64,000 nucleotides of DNA from Solirubrobacterales bacterium (lineage in GTDB: Bacteria > Actinomycetota > Thermoleophilia > Solirubrobacterales > 70-9). Of this stretch, positions 52,346 to 61,269 are shown in pieces. Under the pieces are notes generated by a model. The model was not told the origin of the DNA, did not search any database, and was given only the letters and a program-made list of their open reading frames with translations. How positions within the stretch are numbered: position 1 is the stretch's first letter; each line of letters opens with the position of its first letter. The stretch covers positions 54,171 through 118,170 of the forward strand of contig DASTZP010000004.1 in the NCBI GenBank assembly GCA_035764245.1. Direction: 5' to 3'. The position numbers and the translations under genes were made by a program.

Positions 52346-53002
52346 ATGGAGGCAGCCTCCAAACCCCGTCCCGGCGCCAACGGCCGCGGTCGCCGGGCCA
52401 CCCGCGTCAGCGGCGACGACCGCGAGCGGGCGATCCTGGAGACGGCGGGACGGCTGCTCGAGGAGAAGCCGCTGAGCGAGATCTCCGTCGACGACCTCGC
52501 CAAAGGCGCGGGCATCTCCCGCCCCACCTTCTACTTCTACTTCCCCTCCAAGGACGCGGTCGTGATGACGATCGTCGAACGGCTCGTCGAGGCGGCGACC
52601 GGCAGCCGCGACGAGGTCCTCGCGACGCTGGCCGAGGCCGGGCCGCGGGCGGGCCTGGAGAAAGCGCTCGAGAACCTCTACGCCGCCTTCCGCTCCCGCC
52701 CCGGCGTGGTCCGGGCCGGAGCCGACCTGCGCGCGACCAACCACCGGGAAGCCCAGGAGCTGTGGACGCAGGTGATGGAGGGCTGGGTCGACGACGTCAC
52801 CGCGATGATCGAGTTCGAGCGCGACCGCGGCGCCGCCCCGGCGGGCCAGCCGGCGCGCGAGCTCGCGATCGCCCTCGTCCAGATGAACGAGCGCGTCCAG
52901 TACGCGACGCTCCTCGGCGAGACCCCCTCGCTCGAGGGCGACCGGGTCCTCGACGTCCTCATCGACGTCTGGCTGCGCGCCATCTACGGCTCGGCTGAGT
53001 AG
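52346..53002 (+). CDS. TetR family transcriptional regulator
   Basis: RERAILETAGRLLEEKPLSEISVDDLAKGAGISRPTFYFYFPSKDAVV. The ATG is at codon 13 of the track ORF. Confidence 0.85.
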   Translation: MEAASKPRPGANGRGRRATRVSGDDRERAILETAGRLLEEKPLSEISVDDLAKGAGISRPTFYFYFPSKDAVVMTIVERLVEAATGSRDEVLATLAEAGPRAGLEKALENLYAAFRSRPGVVRAGADLRATNHREAQELWTQVMEGWVDDVTAMIEFERDRGAAPAGQPARELAIALVQMNERVQYATLLGETPSLEGDRVLDVLIDVWLRAIYGSAE

Positions 53003-53051
53003 CCGAAACCGCAAAATTCCTTCTCGAGGAAGGGTTTTTGCGGTCTCGCGG

Positions 53052-54002
53052 TTAGGCGGCGAGCGCCGGGGCGATCTCCCGGCCCATCAGCGCGACCGCG
53101 TCGAGGTCGCGGTGGAGCAGGTGCTGTCCCATGATCCGGGTCAGCCCCGCCGCCTCCAGCTCGCGCAGCTGCTCGATCGCCTCCTCGCGCGTGCCGACGA
53201 TCGTGCTCTCGCGCAGTTCGGCGATGAACGCCTCGCCGTCGCCGTCGCCGCCTTTCCACTCGGAGAGGCGCGAGGCGCGGTCGACCAGTTCGGCGCGGTC
53301 GGCGCCGACCAGCCAGCCGGTCATCATCGAGAGCGGCAGGGTCGCGGGATCCCGGCCCTCCTTTTCGCAGGCCTCGTCAAGACGCCGCCGCAGGTCGGCG
53401 ATCTCCGCCGCCGTCGCCATCACCGTGTTGTACTCGTCGGCCCAGCGGGCGCCGATCCGCAGGCTGCGCGGCCCGCCTTTGGCGCCGAGGATCAGCGGCA
53501 GCGGCCGCTGCACCGGCTTCGGCCGCGCGTCCAGCTCCCGCGCGCGGTAGCGCTTGCCCTCGAAGCTGAAGGGGCCCTCGCCCCAGTGGCCGCGGACGAC
53601 CTGCATCTGCTCTTCCAGCGCCTCCATCCGCGGCCCGACCGGCGGCAGCTCGAAGCCGTAGAGCTCGTGCTCGCGCTCCCACCAGCCGGCGCCGATCCCG
53701 ACTTCGACCCGGCCGCCGGAGACGTGGTCGGCGGTCACCGCCGCCTTCGCCAGCACGGCGGGATGGCGGAAGGTCGCCGGCGAGACCATCGTCCCCAGCC
53801 GCAGCTTCTTGGTGACGGCGCCGAGGGCGGTGATCGTCCCCCAGGCGTCGAGCGAGCCGCGCTCGCGCCGGTCGTCGACCGAGAGGTAGTGGTCGGAGCG
53901 GAACATCGTCCCCACCCCGTGCTCCTCGCAGGCCGCCGCCAGCGCCAGCCAGTCCTCCCAGGTGACGTCCTCCTGGCCCTCGATCATCAGGCAGACCTCC
54001 AT
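53052..54002 (-). CDS. luciferase-like monooxygenase (LLM) family oxidoreductase, possibly F420-dependent
   Basis: MIEGQEDVTWEDWLALAAACEEHGVGTMFRSDHY..., VGIGAGWWEREHELYGF, and LILGAKGGPRSLRIGARWADEYN. Confidence 0.8.
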   Translation of the reverse strand: MEVCLMIEGQEDVTWEDWLALAAACEEHGVGTMFRSDHYLSVDDRRERGSLDAWGTITALGAVTKKLRLGTMVSPATFRHPAVLAKAAVTADHVSGGRVEVGIGAGWWEREHELYGFELPPVGPRMEALEEQMQVVRGHWGEGPFSFEGKRYRARELDARPKPVQRPLPLILGAKGGPRSLRIGARWADEYNTVMATAAEIADLRRRLDEACEKEGRDPATLPLSMMTGWLVGADRAELVDRASRLSEWKGGDGDGEAFIAELRESTIVGTREEAIEQLRELEAAGLTRIMGQHLLHRDLDAVALMGREIAPALAA

Positions 54003-54013
54003 CGTCCCCTCCC

Positions 54014-54730
54014 CTACCCGGCGGCGACGATTTCAGCGAAGGCCGCGAAGCCCGGCGCCGTCCGCTCGACCAGGCCCGCCTCCAGCTCGGCGGCGCGCCG
54101 CGGCAGCTCGTGCTCGCCGGCGTCGCCCAGCGCCGCGACCGCCTCGTCGATCATCTCCGGCACCGCCAGCCACGCCTCGACCAGGGCGAGGTCGGCCTCG
54201 GGGTGGAAGAGGACGCCCCAGGCGTTGGCGACGCGGAAGGCCTGGCAGGCGGTCCGCTGCGAGGAGGCGAGGTGCTCGCCGCCGTCTGGGAGGTCGAAGA
54301 CGTCGCCGTGCCAGTGGAGGACCTCGGCGCGCGGCGCCAGGGCGCCGAGCAGCGGATCGTCGGGGGCGGCGATCTCGACCGGCGCGAAGCCGATCTCCGG
54401 CGCCTCCCCCGGCCGCACCTCCGCCCCCAGCGCCCGCGCCAGCAACTGGGCGCCGAGGCAGATGCCGAGCACCGGCATCCCCCGCTCGACCGCGGCGGCG
54501 AGCCACTCTCGCTCGGCGGCGAGCGCCGGGTAGCGCTCGACCTCGTCGACGTTCATCGGCCCGCCCATGACGACGGCGCCGGCGACCTCCTCGTGAGCGG
54601 GCAGCGGCTGGCCGGCGAGCGGTTTCACGGTCCGCACCCGCAGAGCGCCGCAGGCGTCGAGGATCCGGTGCGGCCCCTCCCAGGGCACGTGCTGGATCGC
54701 CAGCAGGGTCGGACGCTCGTCCAGGCTCAT
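54014..54730 (-). CDS. class I glutamine amidotransferase-like protein
   Basis: PVLGICLGAQLLARALG carries the nucleophile Cys. Downstream are HWHGDVF and FHPE. Confidence 0.8.
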   Translation of the reverse strand: MSLDERPTLLAIQHVPWEGPHRILDACGALRVRTVKPLAGQPLPAHEEVAGAVVMGGPMNVDEVERYPALAAEREWLAAAVERGMPVLGICLGAQLLARALGAEVRPGEAPEIGFAPVEIAAPDDPLLGALAPRAEVLHWHGDVFDLPDGGEHLASSQRTACQAFRVANAWGVLFHPEADLALVEAWLAVPEMIDEAVAALGDAGEHELPRRAAELEAGLVERTAPGFAAFAEIVAAG

Positions 54731-54756
54731 CGGGATGCCAGGCTAGCCTCAGCGGC

Positions 54757-55014
54757 ATGAGAAAGACGAAGACGCCCGGGATCGGCCGCGGCGCCCTGGC
54801 GGTGGGAGCCGACGCGAGGGGAGCGCTCGCGATCGGCGCCCTCACCGTCGGCGCCGCCGCCGTCGGCGGCTTCGCGATCGGCCGCCTCAGCGTCGGCCGT
54901 CTCGCGATCGGCAAGGCGACCTTCGGGCGGCTATCGGTCAAGCGCCTCGAGATCGAGGAGCTGGAGATCGGCCGGCTGACCGTGCGCGAGCAACACGAAT
55001 CGGGCGCCGAATGA
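54757..55014 (+). CDS. small repeat protein (A/G-I-G-R-L repeats)
   Basis: 85 aa. GALAIGALTVGAAAVGGFAIGRLSVGRLAIGKATFGRLSVKRLEIEELEIGRLTV. GC3-rich frame. No family named. Confidence 0.45.
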   Translation: MRKTKTPGIGRGALAVGADARGALAIGALTVGAAAVGGFAIGRLSVGRLAIGKATFGRLSVKRLEIEELEIGRLTVREQHESGAE

Positions 55015-55051
55015 ACCCTGCGGTCGATCAGCGGTGTGCTTTATCCACCCT

Positions 55052-56053
55052 ATGAGGGGGAAAAGGCACACCGCTGCGGTCTTGGGCTTGATCGGGACGC
55101 TCCTCGCGCTCGTCCTCGTCGTCTCCCACGCCGGCGCGGTCGGCCCCTATCCCGCCCTCTCGCCCTGCACCGTCTTCCCGGACCCGCCGGCGTCGCTCTC
55201 CCCGCGCGCGCCCTCGCTGCCGACCGAGGCCGCCTGGAACCAGGACGTCTCGAAGGCGCCGCGCGACCCGCGCTCGAACGCCTACATCGCCTACATCAAC
55301 AGCCACGGAGGCGACAGCCTCCACCCCGACTTCGGCTCGCCGCGCGCCTATGGGTTCCCCTACTCGGTCGTCGGCGCCGGCCAGCCCGAGCTCCCGATCC
55401 ACTACACCGCCTACGGGGACGAGAGCGACCCCGGCCCCTTCCCAGTCCCGTCCGTCGCGCCGGTTGAGGGCGGCAACGGCAGCGACGGCGACCGCCACGT
55501 CCTCGTCGTCGACCGCGACGGGTGCAGGCTCTACGAGCTCTACCGCGCTTTCTACGTCGCCAAGCCGCGCCCCCACTGGAACGCCGACTCAGGGACCGAA
55601 TGGGACCTCCGCTCCCCCGCCCGCCGGCCCGAGGGCTGGACCTCCGCCGACGCCGCCGGACTGCCGATCTTCCCCGGTCTCGTCCGCTACGACGAGGCCG
55701 CCTCCGGCCACCTCGACCACGCGATCCGCGTCACCTTCGAGAGCACCCGCGACGCCTGGGTCCATCCCGCCACCCACTGCGCCGGCGACACCGCCGACCC
55801 GAGCGCGCCGCCGATGGGCCTGCGCCTGCGCCTGAAGGCGCGTTACGGCCTCGGCCGCTTCAACGGTGCCGCGCGGACGATCGCCGTGGCGATGAAGCGC
55901 TACGGCCTGATCGTCGCCGACAACGGCTCCAACTGGTTCTTCTCCGGCACCAGCGATCGCCGCTGGGACGACGAGAACCTGAACCAGCTAAAGCGGATCC
56001 CAGGCCGCGCCTTCGAGGTGGTCAAGAGCAGGGCAAACGTCCACCCCTGCTGA
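55052..56053 (+). CDS. secreted conserved hypothetical protein
   Basis: MRGKRHTAAVLGLIGTLLALVLVVSHAGA is a signal peptide. Blocks DRHVLVVDRDGCRLYELY, GWTSADAAGLPIFPGLVRYDE, HAIRVTF, and MKRYGLIVADNGSNWFFSG. Confidence 0.7.
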   Translation: MRGKRHTAAVLGLIGTLLALVLVVSHAGAVGPYPALSPCTVFPDPPASLSPRAPSLPTEAAWNQDVSKAPRDPRSNAYIAYINSHGGDSLHPDFGSPRAYGFPYSVVGAGQPELPIHYTAYGDESDPGPFPVPSVAPVEGGNGSDGDRHVLVVDRDGCRLYELYRAFYVAKPRPHWNADSGTEWDLRSPARRPEGWTSADAAGLPIFPGLVRYDEAASGHLDHAIRVTFESTRDAWVHPATHCAGDTADPSAPPMGLRLRLKARYGLGRFNGAARTIAVAMKRYGLIVADNGSNWFFSGTSDRRWDDENLNQLKRIPGRAFEVVKSRANVHPC

Positions 56054-56112
56054 TTTGCAGGCAATGGATTGGGTACTTGAGCCAATAGGGAACACCCTGA
56101 GGAGAGAGGACA

Positions 56113-56742
56113 ATGGCTCAGACCAAAACCAAATCGACCCCGAAATCGAAACCGAAACCCAGGTCAAAATCATCGACTTCGAAATCGGCGAAACCAGCCA
56201 CGAGATCCAAATCGTCGTCGAAACCGAAAGCCGTCAAAGCTAGGGCGAAATCGAAAATCAAATCGAGCAGCAAACCGCGCAGCTCGAGCAACGGCAACGG
56301 CGCCTCGCGCTCCAACGGCTCTTCGAGCAAACACTCGAACGTCGACGCCGTGCGTAACGCCGTCGGGGACATCGGCGGCAAAGTCGGCGGCAAAGCGAAA
56401 GACGCCGGCAAGACCGTCGGCAAAGCCGCGAGCAAAGCGAAGGTGCCGCTCGTCGCCGGTGGCGCGGCAATCGCCGGAGCGGCCGGGGGGATGGCGCTTG
56501 CCGCCTCCAAGAAAGGTCGCAAGGGCGGACTCGGCAAGGCGATAGCCAAAAGGCCGAAGATCAAGGCCCCAAAGGTCAAGGTCAACTCCAAGGACGTCGC
56601 CAAGGCGGCTCACGGAGTCGGGAACTTCAGCGCGCAGGTAAGCGAGATCGCCGGCGGTCTCGAGAGCGCTGCGTCGGGGAGGAACGGCAAGCACCGCTCC
56701 CCGATCGAGGTCGTTCTACAGGGACTCACCGCGAGGCGTTAG
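56113..56742 (+). CDS. Lys/Ser-rich basic low-complexity protein with a Gly/Ala hydrophobic segment
   Basis: The first ~70 aa are KSKPKPRSKSSTSKSAKPATRSKSSSKPKAVKARAKSKIKSSSKPRSS. A hydrophobic VPLVAGGAAIAGAAGGMALAA follows. Lower GC than the surroundings. Confidence 0.6.
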   Translation: MAQTKTKSTPKSKPKPRSKSSTSKSAKPATRSKSSSKPKAVKARAKSKIKSSSKPRSSSNGNGASRSNGSSSKHSNVDAVRNAVGDIGGKVGGKAKDAGKTVGKAASKAKVPLVAGGAAIAGAAGGMALAASKKGRKGGLGKAIAKRPKIKAPKVKVNSKDVAKAAHGVGNFSAQVSEIAGGLESAASGRNGKHRSPIEVVLQGLTARR

Positions 56743-56769
56743 CGCCGGGCTGGCCCTGAGGACATGGCA

Positions 56770-56798
56770 GCGACCGCGCGTACGGGACGCGCGGTCGC
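56770..56798. terminator. GC-rich hairpin between convergent genes (possible bidirectional terminator)
   Basis: gcgaccgcgcg-tacggga-cgcgcggtcgc is an 11-bp perfect stem. It starts 28 nt after the stop at 56742. Confidence 0.45.
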
Positions 56799-56822
56799 GC
56801 GCCCCAAACCCGGCCCTAAAAC

Positions 56823-56972
56823 CTACCCGCGCCCGCGCCCGCCGGAGACCAATCGCCAGGCGCCGCCGACGACGTAGATGACGGCGAAGGAGATCGCCAG
56901 GCCGATCGCGCCGAGGACCAGGAGGAAGAGGACGAAGGCGATAATCGCCAACGGAACCAGGAGCAGTTTCAC
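56823..56972 (-). CDS. possible 49-aa membrane peptide (below the ORF-track cutoff)
   Basis: My translation from the GTG at 56972 reads VKLLLVPLAIIAFVLFLLVLGAIGLAISFAVIYVVGGAWRLVSGGRGRG*. It forms one or two hydrophobic helices. Confidence 0.3.
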   Translation of the reverse strand: MKLLLVPLAIIAFVLFLLVLGAIGLAISFAVIYVVGGAWRLVSGGRGRG

Positions 56973-56995
56973 GTCCCCGTAGTCTTGCAACGACA

Positions 56996-57706
56996 ATGGG
57001 TTCGACGGCGGCAGTACTGCAGGTGACGATCGCCCTGATCGGGGTCGGCGGCGGCGACCACGCGGTCAACGCGATCGGCGACGGCCTCGCCCTGGTCGAA
57101 GCGCGCCGGCAGGTCGAATCCAGGCCCGCCCCCACCCCCCGGCGGGAGAAGGTCGAGCTTCCGAGCCCCGAGGAAATCGCCGCCGACCCGACGCTGCTGC
57201 CGCCGGCGTCGGCAGGCAGCAACGGCACCCATGTCCCCCACTCCTCGAACCTCAGCCGCGCGGAGATCTTCGCCCACCGCCGCGGCGGCGACCCGGACTC
57301 CACGGCGATCCTCCTCACCGGCGTCGCCCTGGCGCCGCCGAGCGCACCCGAACCCGTCCAGGGGGCGATCAACGCCGCCAACACGATCGTCGGCCGGCCC
57401 TACGTCTGGGGCGGCGGCCACGGCTCCTTCTACGACGACTCCTACGACTGCTCCGGCGCCGTCAGCTTCGCCCTCTTCGGCGGCGGCCTGATCCCACGCC
57501 CGCTCACCTCGGGCGACCTGATGCGCTGGGGGGCGCCGGGGCCCGGCAAGTGGATCACCGTCTACGCCAACCCCGGCCACACCTTCGTCGAGATCGCCGG
57601 GCTGCGCTTCGACACCGTCGGCGACGAGCAGGGCACCGGCCCCCGCTGGCACCTGGCGACCGCCGACACCGGCGGCTTCGTCGCCCGCCACCCCCCGGGG
57701 CTCTGA
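56996..57706 (+). CDS. NlpC/P60 (C40) family peptidase
   Basis: GRPYVWGGGHGSFYDDSYDCSGAVSFAL carries the catalytic Cys. The downstream GHTFVEIAG carries the His. Confidence 0.8.
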   Translation: MGSTAAVLQVTIALIGVGGGDHAVNAIGDGLALVEARRQVESRPAPTPRREKVELPSPEEIAADPTLLPPASAGSNGTHVPHSSNLSRAEIFAHRRGGDPDSTAILLTGVALAPPSAPEPVQGAINAANTIVGRPYVWGGGHGSFYDDSYDCSGAVSFALFGGGLIPRPLTSGDLMRWGAPGPGKWITVYANPGHTFVEIAGLRFDTVGDEQGTGPRWHLATADTGGFVARHPPGL

Positions 57707-57723
57707 CGCGCCGCCAAGGCGAC

Positions 57724-58095
57724 TCAGGCGACGAGCGGGAACCGCATCCGCACCTCGGTGCCGTCGCCTTCCTGGACGATCCGCAGCTCGCCGGCGAGAC
57801 GGGCGATGATCGAGAGCCCCAGCCCGAGGCCGTCGACCGACCCATTGCCGAAGCCCTCGCCGCGGTCGCGCACGGTTACCTCCAGCCACTCGTCGTCGCG
57901 GCAGGCGAGGAGCTCGACGACGCCCTCGGCCTCGGCGGCGTTCGCGTACTTGACCGCGTTCGTGACCGCCTCGGAGACCGCCAGGGCGACGTCGGCGACC
58001 AGGTCGGAGGTCAGCCCGTGCTCCTTGGCGAAGCGGGTGACCCGATGCCTCAGCTCTGGAACCGATGCCGGCTCGGCCGGGAGCACGAGTCTCAT
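57724..58095 (-). CDS. anti-sigma regulatory factor (RsbW/SpoIIAB-like Ser kinase, HATPase_c)
   Basis: VSEAVTNAVKYA (N box), VRDRGEGF (G1) and GLGLGLSIIARLA (G2). No partner STAS or sigma gene is adjacent. Confidence 0.75.
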   Translation of the reverse strand: MRLVLPAEPASVPELRHRVTRFAKEHGLTSDLVADVALAVSEAVTNAVKYANAAEAEGVVELLACRDDEWLEVTVRDRGEGFGNGSVDGLGLGLSIIARLAGELRIVQEGDGTEVRMRFPLVA

Positions 58096-58113
58096 ATTTG
58101 GACAGTTTGACCG

Positions 58114-59823
58114 CTACTTGAAGCGGAAGCTGGTCAGGTCCTGGTTGAAGGTGGGGTTGTAGACGACCTCGTCGAGGTCGATCTCCGAGGAGACGAAGGT
58201 CGGGATCGTGCCGGTGCCGTAGGGGGCCCAGGGCGCGAGGCGCATGAATTCCTTGTCGAGCGCCGCGTATTCGGCTTCAACCTCGGCGTCGAGCGGCTGT
58301 TCGGCGAGGCGCTCGATCTTCGCGCTCAGCTTCGGGTCGGCGATCCGCGCCAGGTTCGTGGTGTTGGTCGGGAAGATGCTCTCTTTGGAGAGCATCGGCT
58401 GGAAGTAGTCGTTCGGGTGCGGGTAGTCCTGGAACCAGCTGGCCCAGCCGGTGTCGAGGTTCGGGGTCGAGGCGTTGCCGATGACCGTGAAGTAGTTGTC
58501 CGCGTTCAGCACCTGCAGCTTCACGTCGAAGCCGATGTCTTCGAGGACCGCCGCGTAGTAGGTCCCCGCTTCTTCCTGGGTGCGTTCGTTGTCGGTCCAG
58601 ACGGTGATCTGACGATCGGCGGGGTCGGCCGCGGCGATCATCCCCTTCGCGTTCTCGATGTCGTACGGGTAGAGCTCGTAGCGCTCGTAGCCCGGCATCC
58701 CCGGCGGCAGGATCTGCTGGGTCCCGACCAGCTGGCCGGCGTAGATCCGTTCCAGCGCCCGCGGGTCGACCGCGTAGTTGACGGCGCGGCGGACTTCGAC
58801 GTCGTCGAACGGCGGCTGCGTCACGTTCATCCAGAAGAAGTAGGTGCTCTCGGTCCGCTCCTCGCGGAACTGGGTTCCCTCGTACTTCTGCTTCACCGCC
58901 GCGTACTGGTCGGGCGGGGGCGGATTCTCCATCCAGTCGAAGCGGCCGGCTTCGAGGTCGGCGACCTGGGTCGCCGGGTTGCGCAGCACCGTCACCTCGA
59001 TCCGGTTGACGTGGCCGCTGGGGATCTCCGGCATCCGCTCGGCGTTGGCTTTCGCCCAGAACGGGTTGCGCTCATACGACCAGCCTTTGCCGGGCTTGGA
59101 GGAGACGATCTCGTAGGGGCCGGTCGCCGGCGGCGGATCGGCGGTCAGGTCCTCGTCGGGGGTCCCGGCCGGCAGCGGCGCCGCGAACGGCAGCGCCAGC
59201 TCCTGCACGAAGGTGCCCCGCGGGCGGACCAGGCGGATCGTGATCTCGCCGCTCTCGTCGTCGGTGACGATGCCGGGGATCCCGCCCTGCTTCGTCTTCG
59301 CGAACTGCTCGGCGCCGACGATGTCGGTGTAGAAAGGGGAGCCGCTGGAGTTGAGGACGAAGACCCTTTCCATCGCCCGCCGGAAATCAGACGCCTTGAC
59401 CAAGGAGCCGTCCGAGTAGCGGAGCCCGCTGCGCAGCCGCAGGCGGTAGGTCTTGCCGTCGGCGCTGACCTCGGGGAGCGAGCGCGCCAGGCCCGGGACC
59501 ACCTCGCTTCCTTCTTTGCCGGAGGCGTGCTTGTAGGTGAGCAGCGGGACGTAGGTGTCGTAGATCGCCGTCCAGCCTTCCTCCGAATGGGAGAGGGCGG
59601 GATCGAGGTAGTCCGGGAAGGAGCCGAAGGTGGCGCGCAGCGTGCCGCCTTCGCGTCCCTCGGAGCCGGACCCGCAGGCACCTAGGCCAAGGGCGGCGAC
59701 AACGACGAGCAGCAGGGCGAGGCCCCGCCTGCACGTTTGCGCTGCTTTGAGTCGATCGCGAGGCACCGCGCCCCCCTTCGGCAGATCCGGGCGCGAGCTT
59801 GAGCCCGGAACGATCGTTGCCAC
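58114..59823 (-). CDS. ABC transporter substrate-binding lipoprotein, family 5 (peptide/nickel type)
   Basis: Lipobox-like LGLGACGSG. Family-5 flavour: GTLRATFGSFPDYLDPALS, YRLRLRSGLRYSDG and WTDNERTQ. Confidence 0.85.
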   Translation of the reverse strand: MATIVPGSSSRPDLPKGGAVPRDRLKAAQTCRRGLALLLVVVAALGLGACGSGSEGREGGTLRATFGSFPDYLDPALSHSEEGWTAIYDTYVPLLTYKHASGKEGSEVVPGLARSLPEVSADGKTYRLRLRSGLRYSDGSLVKASDFRRAMERVFVLNSSGSPFYTDIVGAEQFAKTKQGGIPGIVTDDESGEITIRLVRPRGTFVQELALPFAAPLPAGTPDEDLTADPPPATGPYEIVSSKPGKGWSYERNPFWAKANAERMPEIPSGHVNRIEVTVLRNPATQVADLEAGRFDWMENPPPPDQYAAVKQKYEGTQFREERTESTYFFWMNVTQPPFDDVEVRRAVNYAVDPRALERIYAGQLVGTQQILPPGMPGYERYELYPYDIENAKGMIAAADPADRQITVWTDNERTQEEAGTYYAAVLEDIGFDVKLQVLNADNYFTVIGNASTPNLDTGWASWFQDYPHPNDYFQPMLSKESIFPTNTTNLARIADPKLSAKIERLAEQPLDAEVEAEYAALDKEFMRLAPWAPYGTGTIPTFVSSEIDLDEVVYNPTFNQDLTSFRFK

Positions 59824-59951
59824 GGCCGCGGGCGCAGATCGGACGCGGGGAAAAGGCCTTTAGGCCAGACCTAAAGTTCGTGGACGGATTGTCGATAAAT
59901 GCGCATCCGGAGCGTCCAACGCTCGTCCATTCGAGATCGAAAGAGAAACGC

Positions 59952-60422
59952 ATGAATCGCATAACCAGCAAGCGCGTTCTAGTCGCCTTCGGCTGCGTCG
60001 CCGCCCTCGCTGTCGCCGCCGTCGCCTACGCGTACTTCACGAGCACCGGCTCGGGCACGGCCACCGCCAAAGTCGGCACCAGCTCCCCCGTCACCCTGAA
60101 AGGGACCGTTACCGGGAACCTCTACCCGGGCGCCTCCTCGCAGGTCTCCTTCACCGTCGACAACCCCTCGAGCGGCGCCCAGCGGGTCGGCACGATCACC
60201 CTCACCGGGATCACGGTCGACGCCGGCCACTCGACCTGCAGCACGACGATCAGCGGCGGCAACCCGGACTTCTCGATGCCGGCGGTCGCGGTCAACGCCA
60301 CCTTCCCCGCCGGCAACGGGCAGGCGGTGACGCCGAAAGGCACGCTGACGATGAACGACACGGGCGTCAACCAGAACGCCTGCCAGGGCGCCGAACTGAC
60401 GCTCGCGCTCTCCAGCAACTAG
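59952..60422 (+). CDS. small secreted protein with SipW-type signal motif (AYFT) and TasA/camelysin-like C-terminal motif
   Basis: The start is ATG at codon 52 of the track ORF. MNRITSKRVLVAFGCVAALAVAAVAYAYFTSTGSG. C-terminal VNQNACQGAELTLALSSN. Confidence 0.65.
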   Translation: MNRITSKRVLVAFGCVAALAVAAVAYAYFTSTGSGTATAKVGTSSPVTLKGTVTGNLYPGASSQVSFTVDNPSSGAQRVGTITLTGITVDAGHSTCSTTISGGNPDFSMPAVAVNATFPAGNGQAVTPKGTLTMNDTGVNQNACQGAELTLALSSN

Positions 60423-60441
60423 GCGATCTCGAAGCAAGCCG

Positions 60442-61269
60442 ATGATCGGCGCTCCGGATGGACGGCACCGCGCGGCCAGGGCGATCTTCGCCCTGGCCGT
60501 CGCTGTCGTCTGCCTCGGCAGCGTCGCCTTCGCCGCCACCCGCCCCGACCGCGACCGGCCACAGGGCCAGAAGAAGGGCCAGCGTCACCAGAGCCGCGGC
60601 GAGCGGCCGCCCCGGCCTCGCTTCATCGAAGTACCGCCGGTCGGGGGGGTCGATCCCGACGCCCAGTTCCGCTTCCACGTCGAGCCCAGGAACGTCGCCC
60701 CCGCTGAACCGGGCCCGAGCCGGGCCCCGGCGCCGCCCGCGGTCCGCTGGCGCCAGTTCCAGTGCCGGCTCGACGGCGGCGAGTGGAGTAGCTGCTCGTC
60801 TCCGCGCCGACTCACCGACCTCGAGCCCGGCGAGCACTCCTTTGCCGTGCGGGCGCTGAACCGCCGCGGCCTCGCCGGCCTCGCCGCCCACTACCGATGG
60901 TCGCAGCGTGAGCCGATGGAGTTCACCGTCGAGCTCCTGGGCTCGCTGCAGCCGCTGATGCCCGGCGACCCGCCGCAGCCGCTGCCGGTCCGGATCTCCA
61001 ACCCCAACCCGGTGCCGATCGAAGTCGTCGGCCTGACCTTCAGCGTCGCGCCGGGGGCTCCTGGCTGCGTCGCCGACCCGAACTTCGCCATCTTCCCCTC
61101 GAGCCTGGCGCCGTCGGCCCCGCTGGGCGTCCCGGCCGGCGGCTCCGTCAGCCTGCCGAGCCCCGGCGCCACGGCGCCCGCCCTCGCGCTGCGCGAACTG
61201 GCGGCCGACCAGAACGCCTGCCAGGGCAGCAGCGTCCAGCTCCACTTCAGCGGTCAGGCGCGGGGATGA
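60442..61269 (+). CDS. membrane-anchored protein: Ig-like F-x-C-x-LDG module + domain paralogous to the upstream small protein
   Basis: TM IFALAVAVVCLGSVAFAA. FQCRLDGGEWSSCSSPRRLTDLEPGEHSFAVRALN. C-terminal LMPGDPP...NPNPVPIEVVGLTFSV...ADQNACQGSSVQLHFS aligns with gene 59952..60422. Confidence 0.65.
   Translation: MIGAPDGRHRAARAIFALAVAVVCLGSVAFAATRPDRDRPQGQKKGQRHQSRGERPPRPRFIEVPPVGGVDPDAQFRFHVEPRNVAPAEPGPSRAPAPPAVRWRQFQCRLDGGEWSSCSSPRRLTDLEPGEHSFAVRALNRRGLAGLAAHYRWSQREPMEFTVELLGSLQPLMPGDPPQPLPVRISNPNPVPIEVVGLTFSVAPGAPGCVADPNFAIFPSSLAPSAPLGVPAGGSVSLPSPGATAPALALRELAADQNACQGSSVQLHFSGQARG

Noticed and set aside
56055-56300. An A-rich hexamer periodicity (aaatcg / aaaccg) that looked like a non-coding tandem repeat.
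   Set aside because: It is explained by Lys-Ser / Lys-Pro codon repeats of the Lys/Ser-rich ORF 56113-56742.
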